Shown piece by piece: positions 19,576 to 29,367 of a DNA stretch of 64,000 bases. The notes under the pieces were generated by a model. The model ran no database searches. It saw only the letters and a program-made list of their open reading frames with translations, and was not told where the DNA came from. Origin of the DNA: a virus. The stretch lies in the IMG/VR virus record IMGVR_UViG_3300046323_000234; one strand, written 5' to 3'. How positions within the stretch are numbered: the first letter of the stretch is position 1; the number at the start of each line of letters is the position of its first letter. Position numbers and translations under genes: made by a program.

Positions 19576-19883
19576 AGTTTTGGTTATTTTTATCAACAAA
19601 GATAATATTTTATTTTGATTTCCTATTTATTAGTAAGATATTTACAATCTAAACAAATAAAACTATGGATATTGAATTGGGTTAATTAAATCTGATGTTT
19701 TATATCATCATTGTCAGCTTAAAACTGACTATTCAACTATAAAACATAATTATTTTAATGTTAAATATAATTTATTTTATTCACTATGAAATTCTTTAAA
19801 CTGTTTTCACAAAAAGCAAAACCTTTTTGGATTGATTTGCGTTTATATGATTGAAAGTATTAAACAATTTAAATTTTAAAACA

Positions 19884-20351
19884 ATGAAAAAGATTAATTT
19901 GATGATTTTATCGGTATTTGTAATGATGTTTATTGCATCATGTGATGGTAAAGAAGATGTTAAACCAGTAGATGAATTTGCTGAAATCAAAGCAAAATTG
20001 ACTGGTAGGTGGGTTATGGAATATGTCCAGACCAATGATGGTAAAACTTGGAGTAGAGAACAAATGTGTGATGGTGGAAACACGCCAGAACAGTATATTC
20101 CTTGGATAAATGAATTTTCATTTGAGTTTGTTAATAACGAGTATTTTTCACAACCTTGTGAATTAGGGAGTAAACAAAGAGATATTTCGTATATTGATAA
20201 TGATATATATACAATTAAATATGGTGTTAATGTATTTTATACACTAACAATTATCTCAAATGATGATAATCAAATCCAATTAGAATTAACTAAGAGTGAT
20301 CATGGTATAAATCCATATAAGACAAAATTTTATTTAAATAAGGTAGATTAA
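19884..20351 (+). CDS. Lipoprotein, Bacteroidota lipocalin-like
   Basis: Signal peptide MKKINLMILSVFVMMFIAS-C (lipobox), acidic residues after Cys, LTGRW (GxW) motif. Confidence 0.75.
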   Translation: MKKINLMILSVFVMMFIASCDGKEDVKPVDEFAEIKAKLTGRWVMEYVQTNDGKTWSREQMCDGGNTPEQYIPWINEFSFEFVNNEYFSQPCELGSKQRDISYIDNDIYTIKYGVNVFYTLTIISNDDNQIQLELTKSDHGINPYKTKFYLNKVD

Positions 20352-20364
20352 TCTACCTTATTTA
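20335..20364. terminator. 30-bp perfect palindrome between convergent genes (putative bidirectional terminator)
   Basis: TAAATAAGGTAGATTAATCTACCTTATTTA. Confidence 0.6.
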
Positions 20365-20367
20365 TTT

Positions 20368-20769
20368 TTATAACCAGATTCGTTCAAATAGATTCCATCT
20401 ATGTTGATTATGTTTATTGGATGGTTGTACTTCTATTAATCCTAATTCTAAACAATTTTCGACAGCCATACTTAATAAATATTTAACATCATCATATTTT
20501 AGATGATGTTTTTTATATAAAACACGCCAAGTTTTATTATAATGACAAATTATAAATCGTTTTTTATCACTATTACATAGTTCAAATAATATTTTATTAT
20601 TTTTTATAAAGAATATTGAACCACTCATATTAGTTATTTCAGTATCTATTGAATATAGTAAATTAAGTGTGTCGTTCATAATTCTTCGAGAGAATATGGA
20701 ACGTTCTACATTATCCAATCCAATGTGGATATGTTTATCATAAATATCATTTAAGTAGTTGCAAAGCAT
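20368..20769 (-). CDS. CxY-module family protein, paralog of 19150..19575
   Basis: MLCNYLNDIYDKHIHIGLDNVE, ILFEL, CHYNKTW, LKYDDV, VENCLELG. Confidence 0.8.
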   Translation of the reverse strand: MLCNYLNDIYDKHIHIGLDNVERSIFSRRIMNDTLNLLYSIDTEITNMSGSIFFIKNNKILFELCNSDKKRFIICHYNKTWRVLYKKHHLKYDDVKYLLSMAVENCLELGLIEVQPSNKHNQHRWNLFERIWL

Positions 20770-20773
20770 AATT

Positions 20774-22813
20774 TTATATTATATTTAATGTTCTAAGATA
20801 TTGAATACAATCCGAAGTACCAAATCCTTTATAAAAATATGGATCAGTATTATTAGCACCTGCTGAAACACCACCAACCTTTCCACTAACTTTATAATTA
20901 CCCTCCAAATCTGGTATATCAAGTTTAGAAAATCCTTTAGTGACAAACGCTAATATTAGCGCAATATCATTTTTAGGAACTTCAACAAAATCAGTTGGGT
21001 GTCTATCCGATCTTAAAAACATTCTTGTGTTTCTCAAACCAGCACCAATTTCTTGTGTATTATCATCTCTATAAAATGTTGAATCATGGTTTTGACTAAC
21101 ATTTAAGCTCATTGCTGCACTTGTTGGATCACCAGTATCTTGAAAATATGTTGAGTATTGTGGCAAGTGTAGCGTAAAATTTAACCACTCCGCACCAAAT
21201 CCATCATTACCATAACTATCAACACCATTCCAAGGAAAATCAGTATCTGTATTAACAACAGGATAATCGACAATAACACCAGAGTTTGAAAATGCTTCTT
21301 CATCTAATTCATTTACAGTATTTTGACGTTGACAAGATAATGCGTGAAATTTGGCTATGCTATAAAATTTACCATATTCAAATTTTTTATGTTGTTTTCT
21401 CCAATTATCATTATACGTTAATTCTGCACCAGTTTCATCTTTATTAAATGATTGATCTGTTGTTGCAGATTGTGGAAATTTTATTGCGGTTCTATCTGGG
21501 CGACCAGTATTTTCTTGTGTGTCAAATGGTGGTGCACCATTATCAACTAATTTTTCCATTGATGCCACCATGTTAAGTCTCTCATCATCATATTTTATTG
21601 TTATAAATCCCCTAAATTCTGTAAATATACCCCTATTATCATCTGATGATATTTCCATTTGATTACCAACCTCATCAAATATAATTTTTCTTCTATTACA
21701 TGGAATAATCAAACAAAACATACCATCATCCAAAAATTCACTATATTGTGTTTTATCCAAAACTAAACAATCACTTATTGGATCATAATTACCATTTGCA
21801 GCATCTTCATCAGATATTGTATTTGGAATATAAACAATTGTTATTGTGGGTAATCCAATTCGTTTAGTTGATAAAGAGACGTTACTACCACCTGGATCTG
21901 TTATTCTATCCATTTGATCTGCTCTAGTATATGCAGCATCAGCAAATCCAGTACCCCAAAATGATTGTGGGCCATCAGTAAATACACCACCAAATATCGT
22001 AAATGTTGTTGTTAATTTAGCTCTAATCTTAAAATCTTGTCTTGTTATACCAATTTCAAAGTTTTCGGTATCGCCCCAAAAAGGTCTTATATTAACTGAA
22101 ACATTCTGCAATTGTATGTTGGGTAAAATATCTAAATCTTTTGATGTTTTTATTTTTGTTCCATTTTCAATAAACAAATTTTCAGAATAACCAAGATTTG
22201 TTATCATGCTTGGAACAGACATTGAGAATCTACCAATATCTGTTATATCAACAGACATGTGAACTGTATATAATCCAACAGGCACACCAAATAACATATA
22301 ATCACCAAATTGATTTGTTACAGTGGTAAACTTATAATATTTTTTATAAACTTCCAATTGTGTTTCATTGGCAAGAATTTCATATTTGGTGGGAAAAGTA
22401 CCAACTGGAGTAGCTGGTGTATAACCAACACCCAAATCATTTATATCAATATCATTAAATGGATTAAGTTGTGATACTCTAGGTAGTAAATTATATTTAA
22501 TATTATTTATATCAGTATCGGTTGGTGATTCAAATGGATATATTGCCAATATATCTGAATTTGTTTTATCTTCTTCATCGATAGGTATAAAAATAGATAT
22601 TTTTGCATTTGGAACACCAATACCCTCATTGGCAATAACCCTCCCCACCAATACACCATAATTAGCATTAAAATCTCTATATATATCGGTTTGGGTTAAT
22701 TTAAGAGATAATACCTCCAACATATCAAAAGATTGCTCAAGCTTAATTGTTAGATATTTATCTTCTTCAAATTCACTATTGAATTTTATTTTTATTCTTT
22801 TATTTTCCATCAA
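20774..22813 (-). CDS. Large hypothetical virion/baseplate-associated protein
   Basis: 679 aa; GVLVGRV..GVPNAKISIF and TNQFGDYMLFGVPVGLYTV (transthyretin/carboxypeptidase-regulatory-like); GATATTTAT upstream on the minus strand (22837-22845). Confidence 0.6.
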   Translation of the reverse strand: MMENKRIKIKFNSEFEEDKYLTIKLEQSFDMLEVLSLKLTQTDIYRDFNANYGVLVGRVIANEGIGVPNAKISIFIPIDEEDKTNSDILAIYPFESPTDTDINNIKYNLLPRVSQLNPFNDIDINDLGVGYTPATPVGTFPTKYEILANETQLEVYKKYYKFTTVTNQFGDYMLFGVPVGLYTVHMSVDITDIGRFSMSVPSMITNLGYSENLFIENGTKIKTSKDLDILPNIQLQNVSVNIRPFWGDTENFEIGITRQDFKIRAKLTTTFTIFGGVFTDGPQSFWGTGFADAAYTRADQMDRITDPGGSNVSLSTKRIGLPTITIVYIPNTISDEDAANGNYDPISDCLVLDKTQYSEFLDDGMFCLIIPCNRRKIIFDEVGNQMEISSDDNRGIFTEFRGFITIKYDDERLNMVASMEKLVDNGAPPFDTQENTGRPDRTAIKFPQSATTDQSFNKDETGAELTYNDNWRKQHKKFEYGKFYSIAKFHALSCQRQNTVNELDEEAFSNSGVIVDYPVVNTDTDFPWNGVDSYGNDGFGAEWLNFTLHLPQYSTYFQDTGDPTSAAMSLNVSQNHDSTFYRDDNTQEIGAGLRNTRMFLRSDRHPTDFVEVPKNDIALILAFVTKGFSKLDIPDLEGNYKVSGKVGGVSAGANNTDPYFYKGFGTSDCIQYLRTLNII

Positions 22814-22891
22814 TATTTATTAAAAGGTCGTTACACATAAATATCTAAAAATAAAAAACTTTTACCATTATAATTTTCTTCGATTCTAGTA

Positions 22892-22900
22892 ACTATTTAT
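22892..22900 (+). promoter_or_regulatory. Putative late promoter ACTATTTAT (sheath)
   Basis: Recurring motif 29 nt before the sheath ATG. Confidence 0.7.
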
Positions 22901-22928
22901 ATAAAAAAATTAGATAAAAGAAAAAAAT

Positions 22929-25601
22929 ATGGCACAAGACTTTGTTTTCATATCCCCATCGGTAAAATTCGCTGAAAGGGACTTAACATTTACGGTAAGA
23001 AACGTGGGAGTTACCACATTAGGATTAGCTGGTGAAACCACAAAAGGGCCAGCATTTGAACCAATCTTTGTACAAGATTTTGATCAATTTAGATTAAGAT
23101 TTGGTACAAAATCAACTGAAAAAATCGGTAGTAATCTAAAATTCCAACTTCCATATGTGGCTGGTTCTTATTTACAAGAATCAAACCAATTATATGTAAC
23201 TAGAATATTGGGTTTATCTGGTTATGATGCTGGTGAAGGATGGGCAATTAAAGCAAGTGCTGGATTAAATTATTCAACATCTGGTTTAAGTGTATCATCA
23301 TCTGGTATAACAACCTTTACAAACTTTACATTCTCAGGAAGTACTGTTCCAAGTTCTACTGGTACAACCACAACTATTGCTCCAACATTTACAAAAAATC
23401 AATCAACAAATCAATATGCTGGTATTAGAACAAGTTATACACTAATATCACTTAATAGTTTAGTTGGTAGTGGTACAACATCATTTAATAGTGTTGTGGT
23501 AACTGGTTCATCATATACTGAATATGAAGATATGGTTGTTGCATTGATTAGATCAAGAGCTACATATCCAGGTGGAGATAATACACTAGTATTTACAACA
23601 ACTGGTTTAACAATTAGTGCTGATGCCGTAAATGATCTATTAGGTGATTTTACATTAACTGCTGCTGGTTCTTTTGGGACTGAAACCTATACAGTATCAT
23701 TGAATAATTCAAACTCGAATTATATTGGTAGTGTTTTAGGTACAAAACCAATCGATAAAAATACAAAAATTTATGCAGAAGCTGTTTATCCAGATCTAAT
23801 CAAAAAATTGGATGCTGATGGATATGCATCAGGTGTTAGATCAACTGTTAATAAACTAATAACTAATACATTTACAGATTATGAAGCACAATATCAAACA
23901 CCAGAAACACCTTGGATAGTTTCAGAACTAAAAGGTAATAAGGTTGAAAGATTATTTAAATGTATTTCAATATCTGATGGTACATCTGCAAATAAAGAAA
24001 TTAAAATTTCAATTATAAATGTCGATCCTATTAATAGAGAATTCGATGTTTTGATTAGAGATTTTAATGATACAGATGCAACAATATCGATTCTTGAATC
24101 ATTCACAAGATGTTCAATGAATCCAACAGTAAATAACTACGTAGGTAATAGAATCGGTACGGCAGATGGTAAATTCACTTTAAGAAGTTCATTCGTAATG
24201 CTTGAACTAAATGAAGATGCTGCACCTTTGTCAATACCTTGTGGATTTGAAGGATATAACTTTAGAAGTTATACTGCTGCTAATACTGGAACTAGTGGTG
24301 CAACAACACCAGCTATTTTCTATAAGCAAACATATGCTTCAACTGATAAAGTTGGTAGAACTTACTTGGGTATTTCAGAAAAAGCATACGATGGATCTAA
24401 TCTAACTGGTAAAGGAATAAATCAAAACATGTTCAACTACTACGGTACTGTTGCAACTGAAGCTTCAATTAATAAGTCAAAAGGCTTCCACTTGGACTCT
24501 GGTGCTACTGGAACATTTGTTGAAGGTGATATTACAATTGGTGAATTTGAAGTTGGTGCTGGTATTATTAGAATATCTACTGACGTTCTTAATGCAAGCA
24601 ATCCATATGCTGATAAAAACAAACGTAAATTTACATTAGTACCTTATGGTGGTTTTGATGGATGGGATGAACATAGAACTTCAAGAACAAATACAGATTT
24701 ATTTAAAACTGGTGGTTTGCTTGAATTTACAGGTTCTGATTATGAAGCTTATTTAGCTGGTATTAGAACATTCGCAAATCCAGAAGAAGTTATTATTAAC
24801 GTATTCGCAACACCAAATATAAACTGGTCAGACAACTTGGCTTTGGTTAATGAAACCATTGATATGATTGAAACTGAAAGACTTGATAGTATCTATATTA
24901 TGGATGCACCTGATCTAGCATCAAGTACAACATATGCTGAAGATATTGTTGATTTATTGGATACAACTGAAATAGATAGTAACTATTCTGCAACATACGC
25001 TCCTTGGATTGAAGTTAGAGATGATGTAAATGGTGTGAACGTGTTCTTACCACCTACTTTGGAAGTTGTTAAATCAATTGCCTTAACCGATAATGTTGCA
25101 TTCCCTTGGTTTGCACCAGCAGGTTTAAATAGAGGTGTTACATCTGCACTTAGAGCTAGAAGAAAATTATCTCTTGCTGAACGTGATACATTGTACGCTG
25201 GTAGAATTAATCCGATGGCAACTTTTGCAGATTCTGGTGTATCAATCTTTGGACAAAAGACATTACAATCTAGAGAATCGGCATTGGATAGGATTAACGT
25301 TAGAAGATTGTTATTGCAAATGAGAAAACTTATTGCAAACATTTCAGTTAGATTATTGTTCGAACAAAATGATCAGACTGTTAGAGATGAATTCTTGGCC
25401 AAAATCAATCCAGTATTGGATAACATTAAACGTGAAAGAGGATTAAACGATTTTAGGATTAAAGTTGATGAAGTATCACCTGAATCTGAGGATAGAAACC
25501 GCTTATCAGCTTCAATTTCCATTAAGCCTACGAATTCACTTGAACAAATATCCGTAATGTTTACGCTTACACCAGAAGGTGCTAGTTTCGAAAACGTATA
25601 A
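22929..25601 (+). CDS. Contractile tail sheath protein
   Basis: FISPSVKFAERD, GETTKGPAFEP, PWFAPAGLNRG, RDTLYAGRINP, GQKTL..ALDRINVRRLL, LLFEQND. Confidence 0.97.
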   Translation: MAQDFVFISPSVKFAERDLTFTVRNVGVTTLGLAGETTKGPAFEPIFVQDFDQFRLRFGTKSTEKIGSNLKFQLPYVAGSYLQESNQLYVTRILGLSGYDAGEGWAIKASAGLNYSTSGLSVSSSGITTFTNFTFSGSTVPSSTGTTTTIAPTFTKNQSTNQYAGIRTSYTLISLNSLVGSGTTSFNSVVVTGSSYTEYEDMVVALIRSRATYPGGDNTLVFTTTGLTISADAVNDLLGDFTLTAAGSFGTETYTVSLNNSNSNYIGSVLGTKPIDKNTKIYAEAVYPDLIKKLDADGYASGVRSTVNKLITNTFTDYEAQYQTPETPWIVSELKGNKVERLFKCISISDGTSANKEIKISIINVDPINREFDVLIRDFNDTDATISILESFTRCSMNPTVNNYVGNRIGTADGKFTLRSSFVMLELNEDAAPLSIPCGFEGYNFRSYTAANTGTSGATTPAIFYKQTYASTDKVGRTYLGISEKAYDGSNLTGKGINQNMFNYYGTVATEASINKSKGFHLDSGATGTFVEGDITIGEFEVGAGIIRISTDVLNASNPYADKNKRKFTLVPYGGFDGWDEHRTSRTNTDLFKTGGLLEFTGSDYEAYLAGIRTFANPEEVIINVFATPNINWSDNLALVNETIDMIETERLDSIYIMDAPDLASSTTYAEDIVDLLDTTEIDSNYSATYAPWIEVRDDVNGVNVFLPPTLEVVKSIALTDNVAFPWFAPAGLNRGVTSALRARRKLSLAERDTLYAGRINPMATFADSGVSIFGQKTLQSRESALDRINVRRLLLQMRKLIANISVRLLFEQNDQTVRDEFLAKINPVLDNIKRERGLNDFRIKVDEVSPESEDRNRLSASISIKPTNSLEQISVMFTLTPEGASFENV

Positions 25602-25619
25602 ATTTTTAAAATAATCATT

Positions 25620-25655
25620 ATAAATCCTAACATATTAATTTGTGTTAGGATTTAT
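25620..25655 (+). terminator. Intrinsic terminator after the sheath gene
   Basis: ATAAATCCTAACA...TGTTAGGATTTAT hairpin plus T-rich tail. Confidence 0.7.
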
Positions 25656-25678
25656 TTATATAAACCAATCCAATAAAC

Positions 25679-27538
25679 ATGAAAAAACCAATTAAAACTT
25701 GTAAACATTGTAAAAAACAATATAAATCCGATAATGTTAGTTTTTGTAGTAAAGAATGTAAATACAATTTTTTTCAAGAACAAAATAAAAAGACTTGTGT
25801 AATATGTGATAATATTTTTTATGAAAAAAGAAAAACAAGCACTAAAACATGTTCAAAAGTGTGTAATAGTAAATTACGAACTAATAATTTAACAGGTAAA
25901 ATTATAGAAGATGCGTGGGAAATTAGATCATGCCCAATATGTACAACCGAATTTAAGATAAGAATTAAATATGAAAGAATATATTGCTCACCAGAATGTA
26001 GACGAACACATTATTTAAATAATAAAGAAACTATTGACACTAATAAAATTATAAAACAAAAGAAAACATTATTAGAAAGATATGGTTTTGAAAGCATTAT
26101 GCATGTGCCAGAATTCTTTATAAAAAATAGGGAGACACATAATAATAAAACTCCTGAACAAATCCAACAAATGGTTTCTAAAGCCAAGCAAACTAAATTT
26201 GAGAAATATGGTGATGAGAATTATCGAGATATAAACAAAAGAAAGATAACGTGTCTAGCTAAATATGGTGATGAGAACTATAATAATAGACCAAAGTTTA
26301 TGGAAACTATTATTGAAAGATATGGAGATTATCATTTAAGGTTACCAGAGTATAAAGAAAGATATAAAAATACATTTATGGAAAAGTATGGTGTTACTGG
26401 TGTACTTGCCATAAAAGAGAATCACAAAAAAGCAGAATCTGCACATTTAACAAAATATGGTGGTACATGGTATCAAAATAGTGAAGAATTTACAATCATA
26501 AAGAACAAATCCCAATCCAAAGTTATTGATGAACGATTAGATAGATTTGGATTTACGTGGTTAGAGAGTAATAAATTTATAACTTTTAGTAAAACACGTT
26601 ATTTAAAAATACAATGCAAAAAGTGTAATAACATTATGCATACAACACTTATAAAAAATAACGAAAAACCCATTTGCAGAAAATGTTTTCCAAGTTCAAA
26701 ATATTCATCAATAAATCTTTTCGCTCAAGACTATATTAAATCAATATATGATGGTGAGATGTTGACCAATAATAGATCTTTGATTAGACCTTACGAAATT
26801 GATATATTTTTATCAGAATATCAGATTGGTTTTGAAATGGACGGTAATTATTTTCATTCTACTGGATTTGGTGGTAAAGAAACTGATTATCATATTATGA
26901 AGACAAAACTGGCTCATGATAAGGGAATTAGAATGATTCATATATTTGAAGATGAGGTTGAATATAATGGTAGAGTTTTAAAATCATTTATTGATAGAAC
27001 ATTAGGTAAATCCAAACTAATCCAATATCCCCAAGACTTAGATATAAACATTAATATAGATGTCGATGTTAGAATTAACTTTATTAAAGAAAATTCATTA
27101 TATGATTATATTAAATCAGATTTTGATATTGTTTTAAGTAATGGCGATGATATAATATATATGGTATGTATCAGGGTTGATTCTAATAATAATTTTACAA
27201 TAGTGAATGAGATTACAAAATTAAATTATAATATTATCAATGGATTCAATCTTATAATCAATCATATATTAGAAACACACGATGTTAATAGATTAAAATA
27301 TATTTCCAATATAAGATTAAATGGATTAGGTTACTTAGATAATAAATTCAAATCTATAAGCATTACAAAACCAAACAAATACTTTATCAATAAAGTTGAT
27401 TACTATCACAGAGCAAGAAGAATAAACGATGCGCTATTAAAAATGATTTATAATAATATAGTTTACTATATTAGTGATGAAAACCAAATGGATGGAATAT
27501 ATGATTGTGGTTCTGAGGTTTTTGAATATATTCAATAA
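25679..27538 (+). CDS. Free-standing Hef-like (Vsr/PD-(D/E)XK) homing endonuclease with Zn-finger and KYG repeats
   Basis: Three N-terminal CxxC...CSxxC repeats, repeated [KR]YG units, CKKC..CRKC, YEIDIFLSEYQIGFEMDGNYFHS, IHIFEDE; sits between sheath and tube. Confidence 0.8.
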   Translation: MKKPIKTCKHCKKQYKSDNVSFCSKECKYNFFQEQNKKTCVICDNIFYEKRKTSTKTCSKVCNSKLRTNNLTGKIIEDAWEIRSCPICTTEFKIRIKYERIYCSPECRRTHYLNNKETIDTNKIIKQKKTLLERYGFESIMHVPEFFIKNRETHNNKTPEQIQQMVSKAKQTKFEKYGDENYRDINKRKITCLAKYGDENYNNRPKFMETIIERYGDYHLRLPEYKERYKNTFMEKYGVTGVLAIKENHKKAESAHLTKYGGTWYQNSEEFTIIKNKSQSKVIDERLDRFGFTWLESNKFITFSKTRYLKIQCKKCNNIMHTTLIKNNEKPICRKCFPSSKYSSINLFAQDYIKSIYDGEMLTNNRSLIRPYEIDIFLSEYQIGFEMDGNYFHSTGFGGKETDYHIMKTKLAHDKGIRMIHIFEDEVEYNGRVLKSFIDRTLGKSKLIQYPQDLDININIDVDVRINFIKENSLYDYIKSDFDIVLSNGDDIIYMVCIRVDSNNNFTIVNEITKLNYNIINGFNLIINHILETHDVNRLKYISNIRLNGLGYLDNKFKSISITKPNKYFINKVDYYHRARRINDALLKMIYNNIVYYISDENQMDGIYDCGSEVFEYIQ

Positions 27539-27602
27539 TAGATTATTTTATAACAATTTTTTCTCAAAAAGCAAATTAATATAATTATTTTTTTTCTACC
27601 AT

Positions 27603-27611
27603 ACTATTTAT
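27603..27611 (+). promoter_or_regulatory. Putative late promoter ACTATTTAT (tube)
   Basis: Recurring motif upstream of the tube gene. Confidence 0.7.
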
Positions 27612-27653
27612 ATTAAAATAAGAAAATAGTAAAACAAAAAATATTATAATAAA

Positions 27654-28142
27654 ATGGCAGAAACATTAAGATCCATTCCAATCCAATATGAACCGTTAAG
27701 AGAAAATAGGTTTACATTGGAATTTCCAACCGAACTAGGAATTGAAAGTTGGAAGGTACAAACAATTAAGCTTCCAGAACTAACATTAAACGTTGTTGAA
27801 CTTCCGTTCTTCAATGTAATGAATTATTTGATTGGACGTGGCACATGGGCGCAAATCGATATGACATTGGTTGATACAATCGGCCCATCTACAACCACAC
27901 AATTAATGGAGTGGGTTAGATTGCACCACGAATCATTAACTGGTAGACAAGGTTACGCTGCTGGTTATAAAAAAGATTTAATACTTAAAGGTTCAGATCC
28001 AACAGGTGTTGACGTACAAAAATGGATTCTTAGAGAATGCCAAATTGTATCAGCAGGTTTTGGTAGCTATGATTATGGCTCTGATGCTGTTAAGATGGTT
28101 ACGTTAAACGTTCAACCAACTGATTGTATCTTAACATATTAA
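27654..28142 (+). CDS. Tail tube protein (T4 gp19-like)
   Basis: YEPLRENRF, GRGTWAQI, LMEWVR, GYAAGYKKD, DPTGVDVQKW; follows the sheath. Confidence 0.92.
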   Translation: MAETLRSIPIQYEPLRENRFTLEFPTELGIESWKVQTIKLPELTLNVVELPFFNVMNYLIGRGTWAQIDMTLVDTIGPSTTTQLMEWVRLHHESLTGRQGYAAGYKKDLILKGSDPTGVDVQKWILRECQIVSAGFGSYDYGSDAVKMVTLNVQPTDCILTY

Positions 28143-28180
28143 TCTAATATAGTTTACATATATTTAATCTACCTTATTTC

Positions 28181-28393
28181 TTATAAAAAGATTTGAGGTG
28201 GATTTTTATCTATATTATCAATCCTACCTTCAATTATTAGATTGATTTTTATATTCGATATAACTGAAAAACATTGATTATTTACTGTTTTATCCGAAAA
28301 TCTAGCAACCTCAATTATTGTTAAACTACTTAATATTTGATTATAAGCATCTATTAAATAATGTGAATGTGGAAAGTAGACTATTTTAAACAT
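28181..28393 (-). CDS. Divergent CxY-module family protein
   Basis: HSHYLIDAYNQILSSLTIIEV (Ser in place of Cys). Confidence 0.5.
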   Translation of the reverse strand: MFKIVYFPHSHYLIDAYNQILSSLTIIEVARFSDKTVNNQCFSVISNIKINLIIEGRIDNIDKNPPQIFL

Positions 28394-28398
28394 ATCTT

Positions 28399-28611
28399 TT
28401 ATCTGTATAAATAAATTATTTCATCATCCGATAAATGATGTACAATAATTAAATATAAAATATCCTTAATATATTGACAGTTATCTCTTATAACATCAAA
28501 ATTATTAATATTATTATTATATTTTTCTATGTTAAAATTATTTTTAATCAATCCAATATTCGTGTCCATAAATGTAGTATAGGATTGGTAATATCCTAAA
28601 TTTTTCTCCAT
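28399..28611 (-). CDS. CxY-module protein with the module at the C-terminus (start uncertain)
   Basis: DNCQYIKDILYLIIVHHLSDDEIIY. Confidence 0.6.
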   Translation of the reverse strand: MEKNLGYYQSYTTFMDTNIGLIKNNFNIEKYNNNINNFDVIRDNCQYIKDILYLIIVHHLSDDEIIYLYR

Positions 28612-28669
28612 AAGTTAAGTTTTTAAGCAATAACTTTATTATTTCGTCAGCGTGATCACATATTTTCAT
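28544..28669 (-). CDS. CxY-module micro-protein (41 aa)
   Basis: Hand translation MKICDHADEIIKLLLKNLTYGEKFRILPILYYIYGHEYWID; ATGA overlap. Confidence 0.6.
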   Translation of the reverse strand: MKICDHADEIIKLLLKNLTYGEKFRILPILYYIYGHEYWID

Positions 28670-28806
28670 TTTATGTTTTTTCCATTAAATCTAGTTAAAC
28701 AATAGACAACTATTGATGTTATTGGTTGCGTGAATATTTCTTCATCAGTGAATGAATCTATAACATCATTTAATATCATATCAATATATTTACAATTAAT
28801 GTTCAT
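28666..28806 (-). CDS. CxY-module micro-protein (46 aa)
   Basis: Hand translation MNINCKYIDMILNDVIDSFTDEEIFTQPITSIVVYCLTRFNGKNIK; ATGA overlap. Confidence 0.7.
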   Translation of the reverse strand: MNINCKYIDMILNDVIDSFTDEEIFTQPITSIVVYCLTRFNGKNIK

Positions 28807-28928
28807 TCTCTCACAATGCAGTATAATATTATATGTGATAATTTTGGCTCAGATAAAATCTCCGATATTGGAATATGTTCAACAATAATATCAATTATTT
28901 CTCTTATATATTTACAATTATTAATCAT
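28803..28928 (-). CDS. CxY-module micro-protein (41 aa)
   Basis: Hand translation MINNCKYIREIIDIIVEHIPISEILSEPKLSHIILYCIVRE. Confidence 0.7.
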   Translation of the reverse strand: MINNCKYIREIIDIIVEHIPISEILSEPKLSHIILYCIVRE

Positions 28929-29367
28929 CAGTTAATTCAAATAAGGTTATTCCATCTTCAAGTTCTTCTACCATTTTAACTGGAAATATATTACGCTCAT
29001 TATAATGAGTTTTATTATTTTCATTATATTCAACATAGGAATTTCTATCAATACAATATGTTAATATATTGGATAATTTTATACTAACATCATTACTATT
29101 AGATGTTTGATAATAACCATTTTTATAAAATAATGTTTCACCAATTTCAAATCTAGCTATTGATTTTAACATCATATTTATAATATTATTAACATAATAA
29201 CAATTATGTTCAAAATTATTAATATTAATTGATAACTCACGTTCTGGATTAAATTTTGGTGGTGGATTACTAGCACTAATTATCATTTGTTTAATTATTA
29301 ATATATAACTACAATAACCAATCCAATCATTTTCATCCAATTCTTGATTTCTATTGTTTAGATTCAT
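28921..29367 (-). CDS. CxY-module protein with two module copies
   Basis: YCSYILIIKQMI and NCYYVNNIINMMLKSIARFEI. Confidence 0.65.
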   Translation of the reverse strand: MNLNNRNQELDENDWIGYCSYILIIKQMIISASNPPPKFNPERELSININNFEHNCYYVNNIINMMLKSIARFEIGETLFYKNGYYQTSNSNDVSIKLSNILTYCIDRNSYVEYNENNKTHYNERNIFPVKMVEELEDGITLFELTDD

